DNA of 64,000 bases from an uncultured delta proteobacterium (GTDB taxonomy: Bacteria; Desulfobacterota; BSN033; UBA1163): the NCBI GenBank assembly GCA_963827685.1, contig CAWHBU010000002.1:128001-192000 (forward strand), written 5' to 3'. The notes under the pieces are model-generated. The model did no database searches. It had not been told where the DNA came from and saw nothing but the letters and a program-made list of their open reading frames with translations. This document shows positions 11,147 to 20,295 of this stretch, in pieces (within the stretch, counting starts at the first letter, position 1; each line of letters begins with the position of its first letter). Both the position numbers and the translations under genes were made by a program.

Positions 11147-11245
11147 AAAAAAAAGACGTCAAATCTCTTTGACGCCTTTGTCGTGTGAGATAAAATGGGC
11201 ACCGAACTTCTTCGACGCCCTTGTCTTCAATACATCTTCGTATTG
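11147..11245 (-). promoter_or_regulatory. ANTAR-binding RNA leader: hexaloop hairpins overlapping intrinsic terminators
   Basis: GAC-AAGGGC-GTC (11214-11225) and GAC-AAAGGC-GTC (11171-11182) have loops with A1/G4. CAATAC-GAAGAT-GTATTG lies at 11228-11245. Terminator AAAGGCGTCAAA-GAGA-TTTGACGTC-T8. The ANTAR gene is adjacent. Confidence 0.88.
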
Positions 11246-11300
11246 ATCGTTAACTATTTAATATAATAAAATATTTTTGTCAAGAATATTCTGAAATTGG

Positions 11301-12005
11301 TCATCCCCCCATTTTTTCTGTGAGGAGGATAGCTTCAGCGATCTCTCGCATGGTCTTTCGACTGTCCATGCTCGCCTTTCGAATCCTTTTAAAGGCCTCT
11401 TCTTCGCTCAAGTCATGGTGTTTCATCAAGGCTCCCTTGGCCCTTTCCACCAATTTTCGGGTCTCCAATTCCTCCTGGATCACCTTAGTCTTTACCATTA
11501 ATTCGGTATTCTCAATGCAGATGGCCGCCTGGTTGGCCACGGCTGTGAGGACAACTCTTTCTGTCTCATTAAATTCGTGGGGATAAGAGGTATAGCAATT
11601 GATCACCCCGATGACCTTATCTTTCAACGTCAAGGGGACACTGAGCATGGAGACCAAGCCCTCTTTTCTTGCCAATTCTTTCTCTTTGTAACGGGGTTCC
11701 TTCAAGACATTGAGGATGGCCAATGGTTTGTTTTCCTGTGCCACATAACCCACGACGCCCTCTCCTAATTTTAAAGTCCGTTCCTTGAGGTATTCCTCAC
11801 TCATGGTTTGAGTCGCCCTGATTCTGAGAACTTTCTCTTTTTCATCCAGTATCCAGAGAGAACAGATCGTTGAATCCATTACATTGGCTGTTACGGTTAC
11901 AATCAGCTTTAAGATGTCATCCAAATACCGGTCCGAAGAGATGGCTTGGCTGATTTCTGAAAGGGCTTGAATCTGTTTCTTGTAGGATGTCTTTCTATAG
12001 AGCAA
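11301..12005 (-). CDS. GAF-ANTAR RNA-binding antiterminator
   Basis: GAF domain followed by ANTAR motif LETRKLVERAKGALM...SEEEAFKRIRKASMDSRKTMREIAEAI. TTG start after AAGGAGG. Confidence 0.95.
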   Translation of the reverse strand: MLYRKTSYKKQIQALSEISQAISSDRYLDDILKLIVTVTANVMDSTICSLWILDEKEKVLRIRATQTMSEEYLKERTLKLGEGVVGYVAQENKPLAILNVLKEPRYKEKELARKEGLVSMLSVPLTLKDKVIGVINCYTSYPHEFNETERVVLTAVANQAAICIENTELMVKTKVIQEELETRKLVERAKGALMKHHDLSEEEAFKRIRKASMDSRKTMREIAEAILLTEKMGG

Positions 12006-12047
12006 TTAAGTACCTCCTTTCCTTACAATCCATTCAGCTACGCGGTA

Positions 12048-12076
12048 AATTTACACAAAAGATCGAAAGTTGTCAA
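12048..12076 (-). promoter_or_regulatory. Sigma-70-type promoter for the GAF-ANTAR gene
   Basis: TTGACA-17 nt-TAAATT on the minus strand. Confidence 0.65.
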
Positions 12077-12388
12077 CAAAGGTGGTTCCTTTTCCCGCCC
12101 CAGTTTTTGTGGTTCGCCAAGGGGACTAAAGGCATCCACCCAAGCCAGCGGATTCGAGATGAAGAAAAACTGGGGGTGGAGGACGGACGGTTTACTAAGA
12201 ACCTTCGGTAGTGTTGACCCGGGTAGGAGATTATGCTAAATCTGAACAGACAAACCGACACCGGGAGACCATGTGTGATACCCATCCGTCGAGAACAGGA
12301 AGACTGATTGAGAGAGTAACCCGGCAAGTGTGACCGTTAACGCGTTGGATCAGCATTTTTCAATCTCGTGAAGAAGGAAGGAGACAAA

Positions 12389-13030
12389 ATGGATCCGGTA
12401 AAACAGTGGTGGGTTGAAGAGAAGGCAAGGAAGGCCGTTGAAAAACTGGTGGCTCATGATTTTAAGGCGATTTATGTTGGGACGAAAGAAGAGGCGGCTC
12501 AGGAAGTTTTGAAACACATCACTCCGAAGCAGAGAATAGGGATAGGTGGCTCCATGACTATAAGAGAGTCAGGGATTTTGGAAAAATTGGAAGCACAGAA
12601 TTATACTATTTATAACCATTGGAAGCCAGGGCTTTCAAGAGAAAGCATGCTCGAGATCAGGAAGTCGCAAATGACTTCCGATCTCTTTCTGAGCAGCGCC
12701 AACGCTGTCACTCTGAACGGAGAGCTGGTTAGTATTGACGGGATCGGGAACCGTGTCAATTCAACCACTTTTGGTCCCGGAAAGGTAATCCTCGTCGCCG
12801 GTTATAATAAGATTGTTGAAGATGTTCAAGAAGGGATCAAGAGGATAAAGAATGTGGCTGCCCCCCTTAACGCAAGGCGACTCAATATTGATGTTCCCTG
12901 TGCCAAGGTGGGAAAGTGTGTCGATTGTAATTCTCCCAACCGGATCTGCAGGGTGCTTGTTATCCTCGAACGAAAACCATCCTTGACAGATATCTTCGTC
13001 ATTCTGGTCGGAGAAGAACTGGGATTCTGA
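12389..13030 (+). CDS. LUD-domain (LutC/YkgG-like) protein
   Basis: GIGGSMT, SSANAVTLNGELVSIDGIGNRV, AGYNKIV, PCAKVGKCVDCNSPNRIC. Confidence 0.85.
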   Translation: MDPVKQWWVEEKARKAVEKLVAHDFKAIYVGTKEEAAQEVLKHITPKQRIGIGGSMTIRESGILEKLEAQNYTIYNHWKPGLSRESMLEIRKSQMTSDLFLSSANAVTLNGELVSIDGIGNRVNSTTFGPGKVILVAGYNKIVEDVQEGIKRIKNVAAPLNARRLNIDVPCAKVGKCVDCNSPNRICRVLVILERKPSLTDIFVILVGEELGF

Positions 13031-13034
13031 TACA

Positions 13035-13127
13035 TTGCGGATTTCGCCTGCCTTCGCCGAAGCGGCTTCGCGCAGGCAGGGAATTCGGATTTCGGATTCT
13101 ATTCCGCAATCTGCATTCCGCATTCTA
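13035..13127. repeat. Inverted heptamer arrays (TTTCGGA)n...(ATTCCGC)n with an inserted palindrome
   Basis: Read directly; lies between the LUD gene and purH. Confidence 0.8.
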
Positions 13128-13151
13128 AAATCTTAGTAAGGGGGAGGAGCT

Positions 13152-14714
13152 ATGGGTAAGATCAGGAGGGCAATTGTCAGTGTTTCGGACAAGACTGGGG
13201 TGGTTCCATTTGCCAAGGGTTTAGCACAGATGGGTGTTGAGATCCTTTCAACCGGAGGGACGGCAAAAACATTGAGGGAGCAGGGCGTCTCTGTCACGGA
13301 TATCTCTGATTATACGGGATTCCCCGAGATGCTGGATGGGAGGGTAAAGACCCTCCACCCAAAAGTCCATGGAGGGCTTTTAGGACAGCGATCTAAAAAG
13401 GAGCATGTGAAGAAGATGGAGGAGCACGGGATTCTTCCTATCGATCTCGTAGCGGTCAACCTCTATCCTTTTGAGGCAACTGTGGCAAAGAAGGATTGCG
13501 TCCTGGAAGAGGCGATTGAGAATATCGATATCGGCGGTCCGACGATGCTCCGCTCATCAGCGAAAAATTACCCCGATGTGACCGTGGTGGTGGATCCCAG
13601 CGATTACGAACCGGTCCTCTCCGAATTGAAGGAGAAAGGGGAAATCTCTTTAGAGACCAATTTTCGCTTAGCCAAGAAGGTCTTCCAACACACGGCACGG
13701 TATGATGGGGCCATCTCAAATTATTTGGGCCAGATCGAGAAGGGCAAGAAAGTCCACGAATTTCCGGAGACCTTCACGTTCCAGGTAAAGAAAGCTCAGG
13801 AGTTGCGTTATGGAGAGAACCCCCACCAAAAGGCAGCCTTTTATCGTGAGTATTTGTTAAGCGAGCCTTCGGTTTCGAATGCGGTTCAACTCCAGGGCAA
13901 AGAATTGTCATACAATAATATACTCGATATTGACTCCGCCTATGAGACGGTTAAGGATTTTGAAGAAACGGCGACGGTCATCATTAAACATAACAATCCG
14001 TGCGGTGTGGCGGTTTCTTCTAAGAGTTTAGCGGACGCCTACAAGAAAGCGAGGGACTGTGATCCGGTCTCGGCATTCGGGGGCGTGGTGGGTTTCAATC
14101 GGGTAGTGGATAAAGAGACGGCAAAGGAGATGGCTGAAATCTTTCTCGAAGCCATCATTGCTCCAGGTATTGATCCAGATGCATTGGAGATTCTTAAGAA
14201 GAAGAAGGATCTCCGAATCCTCAAAACGCCACCTCTCACAGGCTCCCCCCTGCAAGGAGGATTTGATCTCAGAAAAGTGGTGGGCGGGCTCTTGGTCCAG
14301 GATCGAGACCTCGGCAAAGTGCCCATGGCTCAATGGAAAGTGGTGACCAAAAGGAAACCGACCGAGGAAGAGAAAAGGGCGATGGCTTTTGGTTGGAAAG
14401 TTGCCAAGCACGTGAAATCGAATGCCATCGTCCTCGTCAGGGAAGATCGGACCATTGGAATTGGCGCTGGCCAGATGAGCCGTGTTGATTCCACCCGCTT
14501 GGCGGTGATGAAGGCCCAATCATCAACCAAAGGAACGGTCTTGGCCTCGGATGCGATGTTTCCGTTCAGAGATGGTGTGGATACAGGCGCTGAAGCAGGT
14601 GCTTCAGCCATCATCCAACCCGGAGGTTCGATTCGAGACGATGAGGTGATCGCTGCCGCGGACGAATATAACATCGCCATGGTCTTTACAGGAATGAGGC
14701 ACTTCAGACATTAA
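13152..14714 (+). CDS. purH: Bifunctional AICAR transformylase / IMP cyclohydrolase
   Basis: [52 protein letters not shown]. Confidence 0.98.
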   Translation: MGKIRRAIVSVSDKTGVVPFAKGLAQMGVEILSTGGTAKTLREQGVSVTDISDYTGFPEMLDGRVKTLHPKVHGGLLGQRSKKEHVKKMEEHGILPIDLVAVNLYPFEATVAKKDCVLEEAIENIDIGGPTMLRSSAKNYPDVTVVVDPSDYEPVLSELKEKGEISLETNFRLAKKVFQHTARYDGAISNYLGQIEKGKKVHEFPETFTFQVKKAQELRYGENPHQKAAFYREYLLSEPSVSNAVQLQGKELSYNNILDIDSAYETVKDFEETATVIIKHNNPCGVAVSSKSLADAYKKARDCDPVSAFGGVVGFNRVVDKETAKEMAEIFLEAIIAPGIDPDALEILKKKKDLRILKTPPLTGSPLQGGFDLRKVVGGLLVQDRDLGKVPMAQWKVVTKRKPTEEEKRAMAFGWKVAKHVKSNAIVLVREDRTIGIGAGQMSRVDSTRLAVMKAQSSTKGTVLASDAMFPFRDGVDTGAEAGASAIIQPGGSIRDDEVIAAADEYNIAMVFTGMRHFRH

Positions 14715-14715
14715 T

Positions 14716-14798
14716 TCGTGAATCGTGAATGGTGACTCGTGAACCGTAAATTAGACTATACGGCTCACGGATCACGAACCACGAATCACGAGTCACGA
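14716..14798. repeat. Inverted heptamer arrays (TCGTGAA)5...(CACGAAT)5-6, degenerate
   Basis: Read directly; fills the purH-purD spacer. Confidence 0.85.
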
Positions 14799-14805
14799 GG
14801 TATAT

Positions 14806-16080
14806 ATGAAGGTTCTGGTGGTGGGCAGTGGGGGCAGGGAGCACGCCTTAGTTTGGAAGATTACACAAAGTCCAAGAGTATCGAAGGTCTATTGTGCCCC
14901 AGGGAATGCAGGGATCTCCGAACAGGCAACGATTGTCCCGATCAAGGCCAATGACTTAAATGGTTTACTTGAGTTCGCCCTAAAAGAGAAGATGGATTTG
15001 ACTGTGGTTGGACCTGAGGATCCTTTGACCCGGGGCATTGTCGATCTTTTCGAATCAAAGGGCCTTTTCATTTTTGGAGCAAACAGGAAAGCGGCAGAGA
15101 TTGAAGGGAGTAAAGCCTTTGCCAAAGAGATGATGAAGAAGTATTACATTCCGACAGCTTTTTATGAGATCTTCGATAACCGGAATGACGCAGTGAAATA
15201 TATTCGCAAACAGGGGGCTCCCATCGTGGTCAAGGCAGATGGTTTGGCAGCGGGCAAGGGAGTGATCGTTTGCAATACCATAGAGGAGGCCACCCAGTCT
15301 GTGGATAAGATCATGGTGGAGAAGATATTCGGAGAGGCGGGAAATCGAGTGGTGATCGAAGAATACCTTGTAGGAGAAGAAGCGTCTTACATTGCTTTTA
15401 CGGATGGAAAGACCATCCTTCCTATGGCGTCTTCCCAAGATCATAAGTCTATCTTTGATGGAGACCAGGGTCCCAACACAGGCGGGATGGGAGCTTATTC
15501 ACCCGCACCTGTAGTGACGGATGAGGTCCATGAGAGGATTATCGAGAAGATTTTGAGGCCGATCATCTATGGCATGGGAGAGGAGGGCAGACCCTACAAA
15601 GGGGTTCTCTATGCGGGTCTGATGATTCATGATGGTCATCCTAAGGTATTGGAGTTTAACGCTCGATTCGGAGACCCAGAAACCCAGCCTGTTTTGATGC
15701 GGATGAAGGAAGATATCGTTCCCATTCTGGAGGCTTGCATGAAAGGGAATTTGTCCCAACACCACATCGAATGGGACAACCGTGCCTCTACGTGTGTGGT
15801 GATGGCTTCAAAGGGATATCCTGGAGATTACGAGAAGGGCAAAGTCATCGAGGGGCTAAAAGACGTTTCTCGAATGGAAGGAGTTTTTGTCTTTCATGCG
15901 GGGACAGCTCTCAAAGACGGGCAGGTCATCAGCAATGGCGGGAGAGTTTTAGGAGTGACAGGACTGGGAGAAGACATTCCGAGGGCGATCGAGAGAACTT
16001 ATCAGGCTGTTAAGAAGATCTCCTGGGATGGAGTTCAGTATCGAACCGACATCGGTCAAAAAGCGCTGTGCTGGCTATAG
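14806..16080 (+). CDS. purD: Phosphoribosylamine-glycine ligase
   Basis: GSGGREHAL, KADGLAAGKGV, GPNTGGMGAYSP, EFNARFGDPE. Confidence 0.98.
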   Translation: MKVLVVGSGGREHALVWKITQSPRVSKVYCAPGNAGISEQATIVPIKANDLNGLLEFALKEKMDLTVVGPEDPLTRGIVDLFESKGLFIFGANRKAAEIEGSKAFAKEMMKKYYIPTAFYEIFDNRNDAVKYIRKQGAPIVVKADGLAAGKGVIVCNTIEEATQSVDKIMVEKIFGEAGNRVVIEEYLVGEEASYIAFTDGKTILPMASSQDHKSIFDGDQGPNTGGMGAYSPAPVVTDEVHERIIEKILRPIIYGMGEEGRPYKGVLYAGLMIHDGHPKVLEFNARFGDPETQPVLMRMKEDIVPILEACMKGNLSQHHIEWDNRASTCVVMASKGYPGDYEKGKVIEGLKDVSRMEGVFVFHAGTALKDGQVISNGGRVLGVTGLGEDIPRAIERTYQAVKKISWDGVQYRTDIGQKALCWL

Positions 16081-16224
16081 GAAAAACGCATAGGGCATAG
16101 CGCATAGGACATAGCCTTTGTGGCGCCCTCATTTACTGGGGGCGAGGAAGATCATCGTCGGCAATCAATGCCGACGCTACAACTACTGGATGAGAGAAAA
16201 AGACGAAGCGGAGGATGATAGGGC

Positions 16225-17280
16225 ATGTATAAAATCGCCGTGATTCCTGGAGATGGGACCGGACCTGAAGTCGTGGCTGAGGGAGTGAAGGTTCTGAAAG
16301 CCGTCTCCGAAAAATTCAAGTTTAAATATCAGCTGGAGCATTACGACCTGGGTGGCGAACGTTATCTGAAAACCAAAGAGACATTGCCGGATTCTGTTCT
16401 CAATGAGTTGAAAGAGATGGATGCTATTTATCTGGGTGCGATCGGCCATCCGGACGTAAAGCCTGGGATTCTGGAACAGGGGATTTTACTAAAGATTCGA
16501 TTTCAACTGGACCAATATATCAATCTGAGACCTGTCAAACTTTATGTCGGTGTGGAAACCCCTTTGAAAGATAAGGGGCCTAAGGATATTGACTTCATTG
16601 TAGTCAGGGAGAATACAGAAGGTGCCTATACGGGTGTGGGTGGATTTGTCAGAAAAGGAACTCCGGACGAAGTTGCGATCCAGGAGGCGATCCATACTCG
16701 GAAAGGCGTAGAGCGTTGCATCCGTTTCGCCTTTGAATATTGTCGTAAAAGGAAGCAGAAAAATAAGGTGACTCTTTGCGGGAAGACAAATGTTCTCACC
16801 TATGCCTTCGACCTGTGGGAGAGGGCCTTTCGTGAAGTGGCTAAGGAATATAAAGGCATCGAGGCGGACTACGCCCATGTAGATGCGGTCTGCATGTGGA
16901 TGGTCAAGAATCCAGAGTGGTTCGATGTGATCGTCACCGACAATATGTTCGGAGATATCATCACCGACCTGGGTGCAATGATTCAGGGAGGATTAGGGAT
17001 CGCGGCTGGAGGAAATATCAATCCAAAAGGAGTTTCAATGTTTGAGCCTATTGGTGGCTCTGCTCCTAAATATACAGGAAAGGGAGTCGTGAGCCCCCTG
17101 GCAGCGATTTCTGCGTGTCAGATGATGCTTGAACATCTCGGCGAAGAAAAGGCCGGTCGAGGAATTGAAGAGGCCATCATGAAGGTAGTGAAGCAGGATG
17201 TGAAGAGCCTGAATGCTGGCAAGATGGGATATAGCACTTCTCAGGTCGGCGATCTGGTAGTGAAGTATATCAATAAATGA
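16225..17280 (+). CDS. leuB: 3-isopropylmalate dehydrogenase (beta-decarboxylating dehydrogenase family)
   Basis: [39 protein letters not shown]. Exact substrate not certain. Confidence 0.8.
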   Translation: MYKIAVIPGDGTGPEVVAEGVKVLKAVSEKFKFKYQLEHYDLGGERYLKTKETLPDSVLNELKEMDAIYLGAIGHPDVKPGILEQGILLKIRFQLDQYINLRPVKLYVGVETPLKDKGPKDIDFIVVRENTEGAYTGVGGFVRKGTPDEVAIQEAIHTRKGVERCIRFAFEYCRKRKQKNKVTLCGKTNVLTYAFDLWERAFREVAKEYKGIEADYAHVDAVCMWMVKNPEWFDVIVTDNMFGDIITDLGAMIQGGLGIAAGGNINPKGVSMFEPIGGSAPKYTGKGVVSPLAAISACQMMLEHLGEEKAGRGIEEAIMKVVKQDVKSLNAGKMGYSTSQVGDLVVKYINK

Positions 17281-17369
17281 ATTTCGGATTGCGGATTGCA
17301 GATTGCGGAATTAAAGTTTAGGAGATTTTTTGTTTAAGATTCCGAAATCCGAATTCCGAAATCCGCATT
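17281..17369. repeat. Inverted heptamer arrays (ATTGCGG)4...(AWTCCGA)4
   Basis: Read directly; leuB-lsrF spacer. Confidence 0.85.
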
Positions 17370-17386
17370 TGAGAATGGAGGTTATC

Positions 17387-18187
17387 ATGGAATGGGGAAT
17401 GAAAAATCGTCTGGCGCAGGTGATCAGGTCGGATGGGCATTGCCTTTTTTTGCCCATTGATCATGGTTATTTTCAGGGGCCGACCCGAAAATTAGAAAAA
17501 CCCGGGGAAACAATTCGGCCGCTGCTTCGCTATTGCGATGCTCTCTTTGTAACGAGAGGCGTGTTGCGGGCGTCTATCGATCCTGAAAATACCAAGCCCA
17601 TCATTCTTCGTGTTTCAGGTGGCACGAGCATGGTTGGGAAGGATCTCTCGAACGAAGGGATCACCACATCGATGGAGGAGGCGATTCGTCTCAATGCCGC
17701 AGCCGTGGGTATTTCAATCTTTGTCGGGAGTGAATATGAGAGGGAATCATTGTTGAACCTCTCCAAGCTGGTGGATGAAGGGGAAAAATATGGCATCCCA
17801 GTCATGGCTGTCACAGCCGTCGGAAAGGAGTTGGAGAAAAGAGATGCTCGCTACCTTGCTTTAAGTTCACGGATTGCGGCTGAACTGGGAGCGCGAATTG
17901 TAAAAACCTACTGGTGTGAGAATTTTGATAAGGTGGTCGATGGCTGTCCTGTGCCTGTGGTAATGGCTGGAGGCCCGAAGGTCGATACAGAGTTACAAGT
18001 ATTCGAGTTTGTCCATGATGGAATGGAAAAAGGCGCCATTGGGGTGAACCTCGGGCGAAACATCTGGCAGAATGACTATCCTGTACCCATGATTAAAGCC
18101 TTGCGTGCGATCATCCACGAAAAAGCAGCAGTGAAGGAAGCGAATGATATATTTGAACAGGAGAAAACAAGAAAGACTAAAGGTTAA
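17387..18187 (+). CDS. lsrF: LsrF-like thiolase / class I aldolase (DhnA family)
   Basis: MEWGMKNRL, DHGYFQGP, AAELGARIVKTYW, AGGPK, GRNIWQ. Confidence 0.85.
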   Translation: MEWGMKNRLAQVIRSDGHCLFLPIDHGYFQGPTRKLEKPGETIRPLLRYCDALFVTRGVLRASIDPENTKPIILRVSGGTSMVGKDLSNEGITTSMEEAIRLNAAAVGISIFVGSEYERESLLNLSKLVDEGEKYGIPVMAVTAVGKELEKRDARYLALSSRIAAELGARIVKTYWCENFDKVVDGCPVPVVMAGGPKVDTELQVFEFVHDGMEKGAIGVNLGRNIWQNDYPVPMIKALRAIIHEKAAVKEANDIFEQEKTRKTKG

Positions 18188-18358
18188 TTCTGAGTGATGC
18201 GTTCGGAAAAAAATCCCGTCTCCTCTGGCGGAGAGGGCCAGGGTGAGGAGGCATCAGACGACATCCCCGTCAAGATAAATTATTTAATGTCGCTAACGGG
18301 CAGACCAGCGGCGACTTTTGGTTGGCCGATAGTGGGTTGTTATCTGAATCATTTCCTA

Positions 18359-18715
18359 TCAATAATTTATGCCAATCTTCTTAGTAAACTTGTCCAGGGT
18401 TTTATCGAAGGTCCAAAGGGGAACATCCGTTAGTGCAGCCGATGCAATCAGATGGACGTCTATATAGCCCAACCCCTTTCCCATAAGCTGGTTGTTCTCA
18501 ATGAATTCTAAGACTTCTTCATCTTCGGCTAAGATGGTCATAGGAAGGGATTGAAGATGTGTAAGGATTTCACGCCTATTTTTGAGATTCCCACAGGCAA
18601 GCTCACCAATAATGAATGGATGACATACGACTTCCCCATCATTTAATAATTTCTCAAGGCCCACATTCCCGGCACGTAGGTGAGACACCCATACGGAAGT
18701 ATCGACAAGAACCAT
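18359..18715 (-). CDS. vapC: VapC PIN-domain toxin
   Basis: VLVDTSVW, HPFIIGELACG, GLGYIDVHL, LWTFDK. Confidence 0.9.
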   Translation of the reverse strand: MVLVDTSVWVSHLRAGNVGLEKLLNDGEVVCHPFIIGELACGNLKNRREILTHLQSLPMTILAEDEEVLEFIENNQLMGKGLGYIDVHLIASAALTDVPLWTFDKTLDKFTKKIGINY

Positions 18716-18716
18716 T

Positions 18717-18914
18717 TTATTTCTCTGCTATCCTCCGGCGAGGTATCCTTTCCAGTTTCTTTTCGGTTCCGCCCAGTTTCGCAAGCCTCTTACTGCTTTC
18801 CATTGCAATGAGTGCCTCCAACCCCAGCTTGACCATGGTTGTTTTCTCTTTAATGCCTGTCAGCTTTGAAACCTTTTTAATTAGATTGTCTTCGATGTTT
18901 AAGGTCGTTCTCAT
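18717..18914 (-). CDS. vapB: VapB antitoxin (RHH type)
   Basis: MRTTLNIEDNL, directly upstream of the PIN toxin. Promoter has TTGACA and the operator palindrome ATATGCA-N7-TGCATAT. Confidence 0.88.
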   Translation of the reverse strand: MRTTLNIEDNLIKKVSKLTGIKEKTTMVKLGLEALIAMESSKRLAKLGGTEKKLERIPRRRIAEK

Positions 18915-19152
18915 ATAACCCTCCTGTCCGTATATGTATCAATATGCATGATTAGTGCATATGTTGTCAAGAAGGCTTTGGATAATCTTATTCGATAAAT
19001 TTTGCCACATTATAGCTAATGGAGATGGTTTGTCAACGGATAGTTCTCGAGGGAGGTTCTGAAGGTAAATTTCCTGTTGTCATATCAATTCAGGTAATGT
19101 ATAGTCTAAGTCATTTAATGCTTGGAGAAGAACCCCATTGGGAAAAACAGAA

Positions 19153-20178
19153 ATGCATGTGGCCATGTATTATAACAACAGGGATGTACGGCTGGAAGAA
19201 ATTCCAACTCCGAAGGTCGGATCGGGTGAGTTATTAGTCAAGGTGCTGGCAAGTGGCATCTGCGGCAGCGATGTCATGGAATGGTATCGGATTAAGAAAG
19301 CTCCCCGGGTTCTCGGTCACGAAATCGCGGGAGAGATTTTTGAGATCGGTAAAGAGATAAAAAATTATAAAGTCGGTGATCGGGTCTTCGTCTCCCACCA
19401 TGTTCCCTGTAATACCTGCCAATACTGCCTGAACGGTTTTCATACCCTTTGCGACACATTGCGAACCACCAATTTCGACCCAGGAGGTTTTGCCGAATAT
19501 CTCCGTGTTCCCAGGATCAATGTAGATCGTGGAGTATTCGTATTGCCCGATGAAATCTCCCTTGAAGACGGCGTTTTTATTGAGCCATTAGCCTGCGTCC
19601 TGCGGGGGCAGAGATTGGCAAGACTTAAACCTGGGCAGAGTGTTTTTGTCATCGGAAGTGGAATTTCCGGAGTTCTTCATATTGCACTGGCTCGTGCGTC
19701 AGGGGCAGGCTGGATCATGGCATCGGATATCAGTGAATATCGTCTCAAGGCAGCAAAGCAATTTGGGGCGGATGAAACGATCCTTGCAAAAGAAGTTAAT
19801 CCCGCGAAGATTCGAGAAATCAATCAGGGACGGCTTGCTGATCTGGTGATCGTCTGTGCAGGGACAATTTCTGCCTACATTCAGGCTTTGCAATCCGTCG
19901 AACGAGGAGGAACGGTCTTATGCTTTGCTCCTTTAGAGCCGGGTCTCAATTTTGTTTTTCCCTTTTTTGATTTTTGGAATGACGGCATCACCCTCTTGCC
20001 CACCTATGGGGGAAGTCCTTTTGACATTACAGCCGCCATTGAATTGATAAGGGCTCAACGCCTTCCCCTTCGGGAAATGATCACCCATCGGCTTCCTCTT
20101 AAGGAGACAGGTCTCGGATTTCAATTGGTGGCCGAGGCAAAAGATTCCATAAAAGTAATCATCGAACCCCACCGATAA
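19153..20178 (+). CDS. Zinc-dependent alcohol/sugar dehydrogenase (MDR family)
   Basis: GICGSD, GHE, CNTCQYC...C, EPLAC, GSGISG. Confidence 0.9.
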   Translation: MHVAMYYNNRDVRLEEIPTPKVGSGELLVKVLASGICGSDVMEWYRIKKAPRVLGHEIAGEIFEIGKEIKNYKVGDRVFVSHHVPCNTCQYCLNGFHTLCDTLRTTNFDPGGFAEYLRVPRINVDRGVFVLPDEISLEDGVFIEPLACVLRGQRLARLKPGQSVFVIGSGISGVLHIALARASGAGWIMASDISEYRLKAAKQFGADETILAKEVNPAKIREINQGRLADLVIVCAGTISAYIQALQSVERGGTVLCFAPLEPGLNFVFPFFDFWNDGITLLPTYGGSPFDITAAIELIRAQRLPLREMITHRLPLKETGLGFQLVAEAKDSIKVIIEPHR

Positions 20179-20295
20179 TCTATCAAAGCAGGTACTCTCC
20201 AATTGTCAGAAGCGTAGAACTCAATAATTTCTCTTGAAATAATAGAAGAATGTTATATTAAGTTTAAGGCCTCGGGCAAAAGGAGTTCGTTAAAA

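Noticed and set aside
12240-12360. ZTP, guanine, PRPP, SAM-I or c-di-GMP riboswitch upstream of purH
   Set aside because: Hallmark conserved segments were not found by eye; kept only as an unknown leader.
14716-14798. Repeat clusters as CRISPR arrays
   Set aside because: Units are 6-7 nt with no unique spacers, and no cas genes are present.
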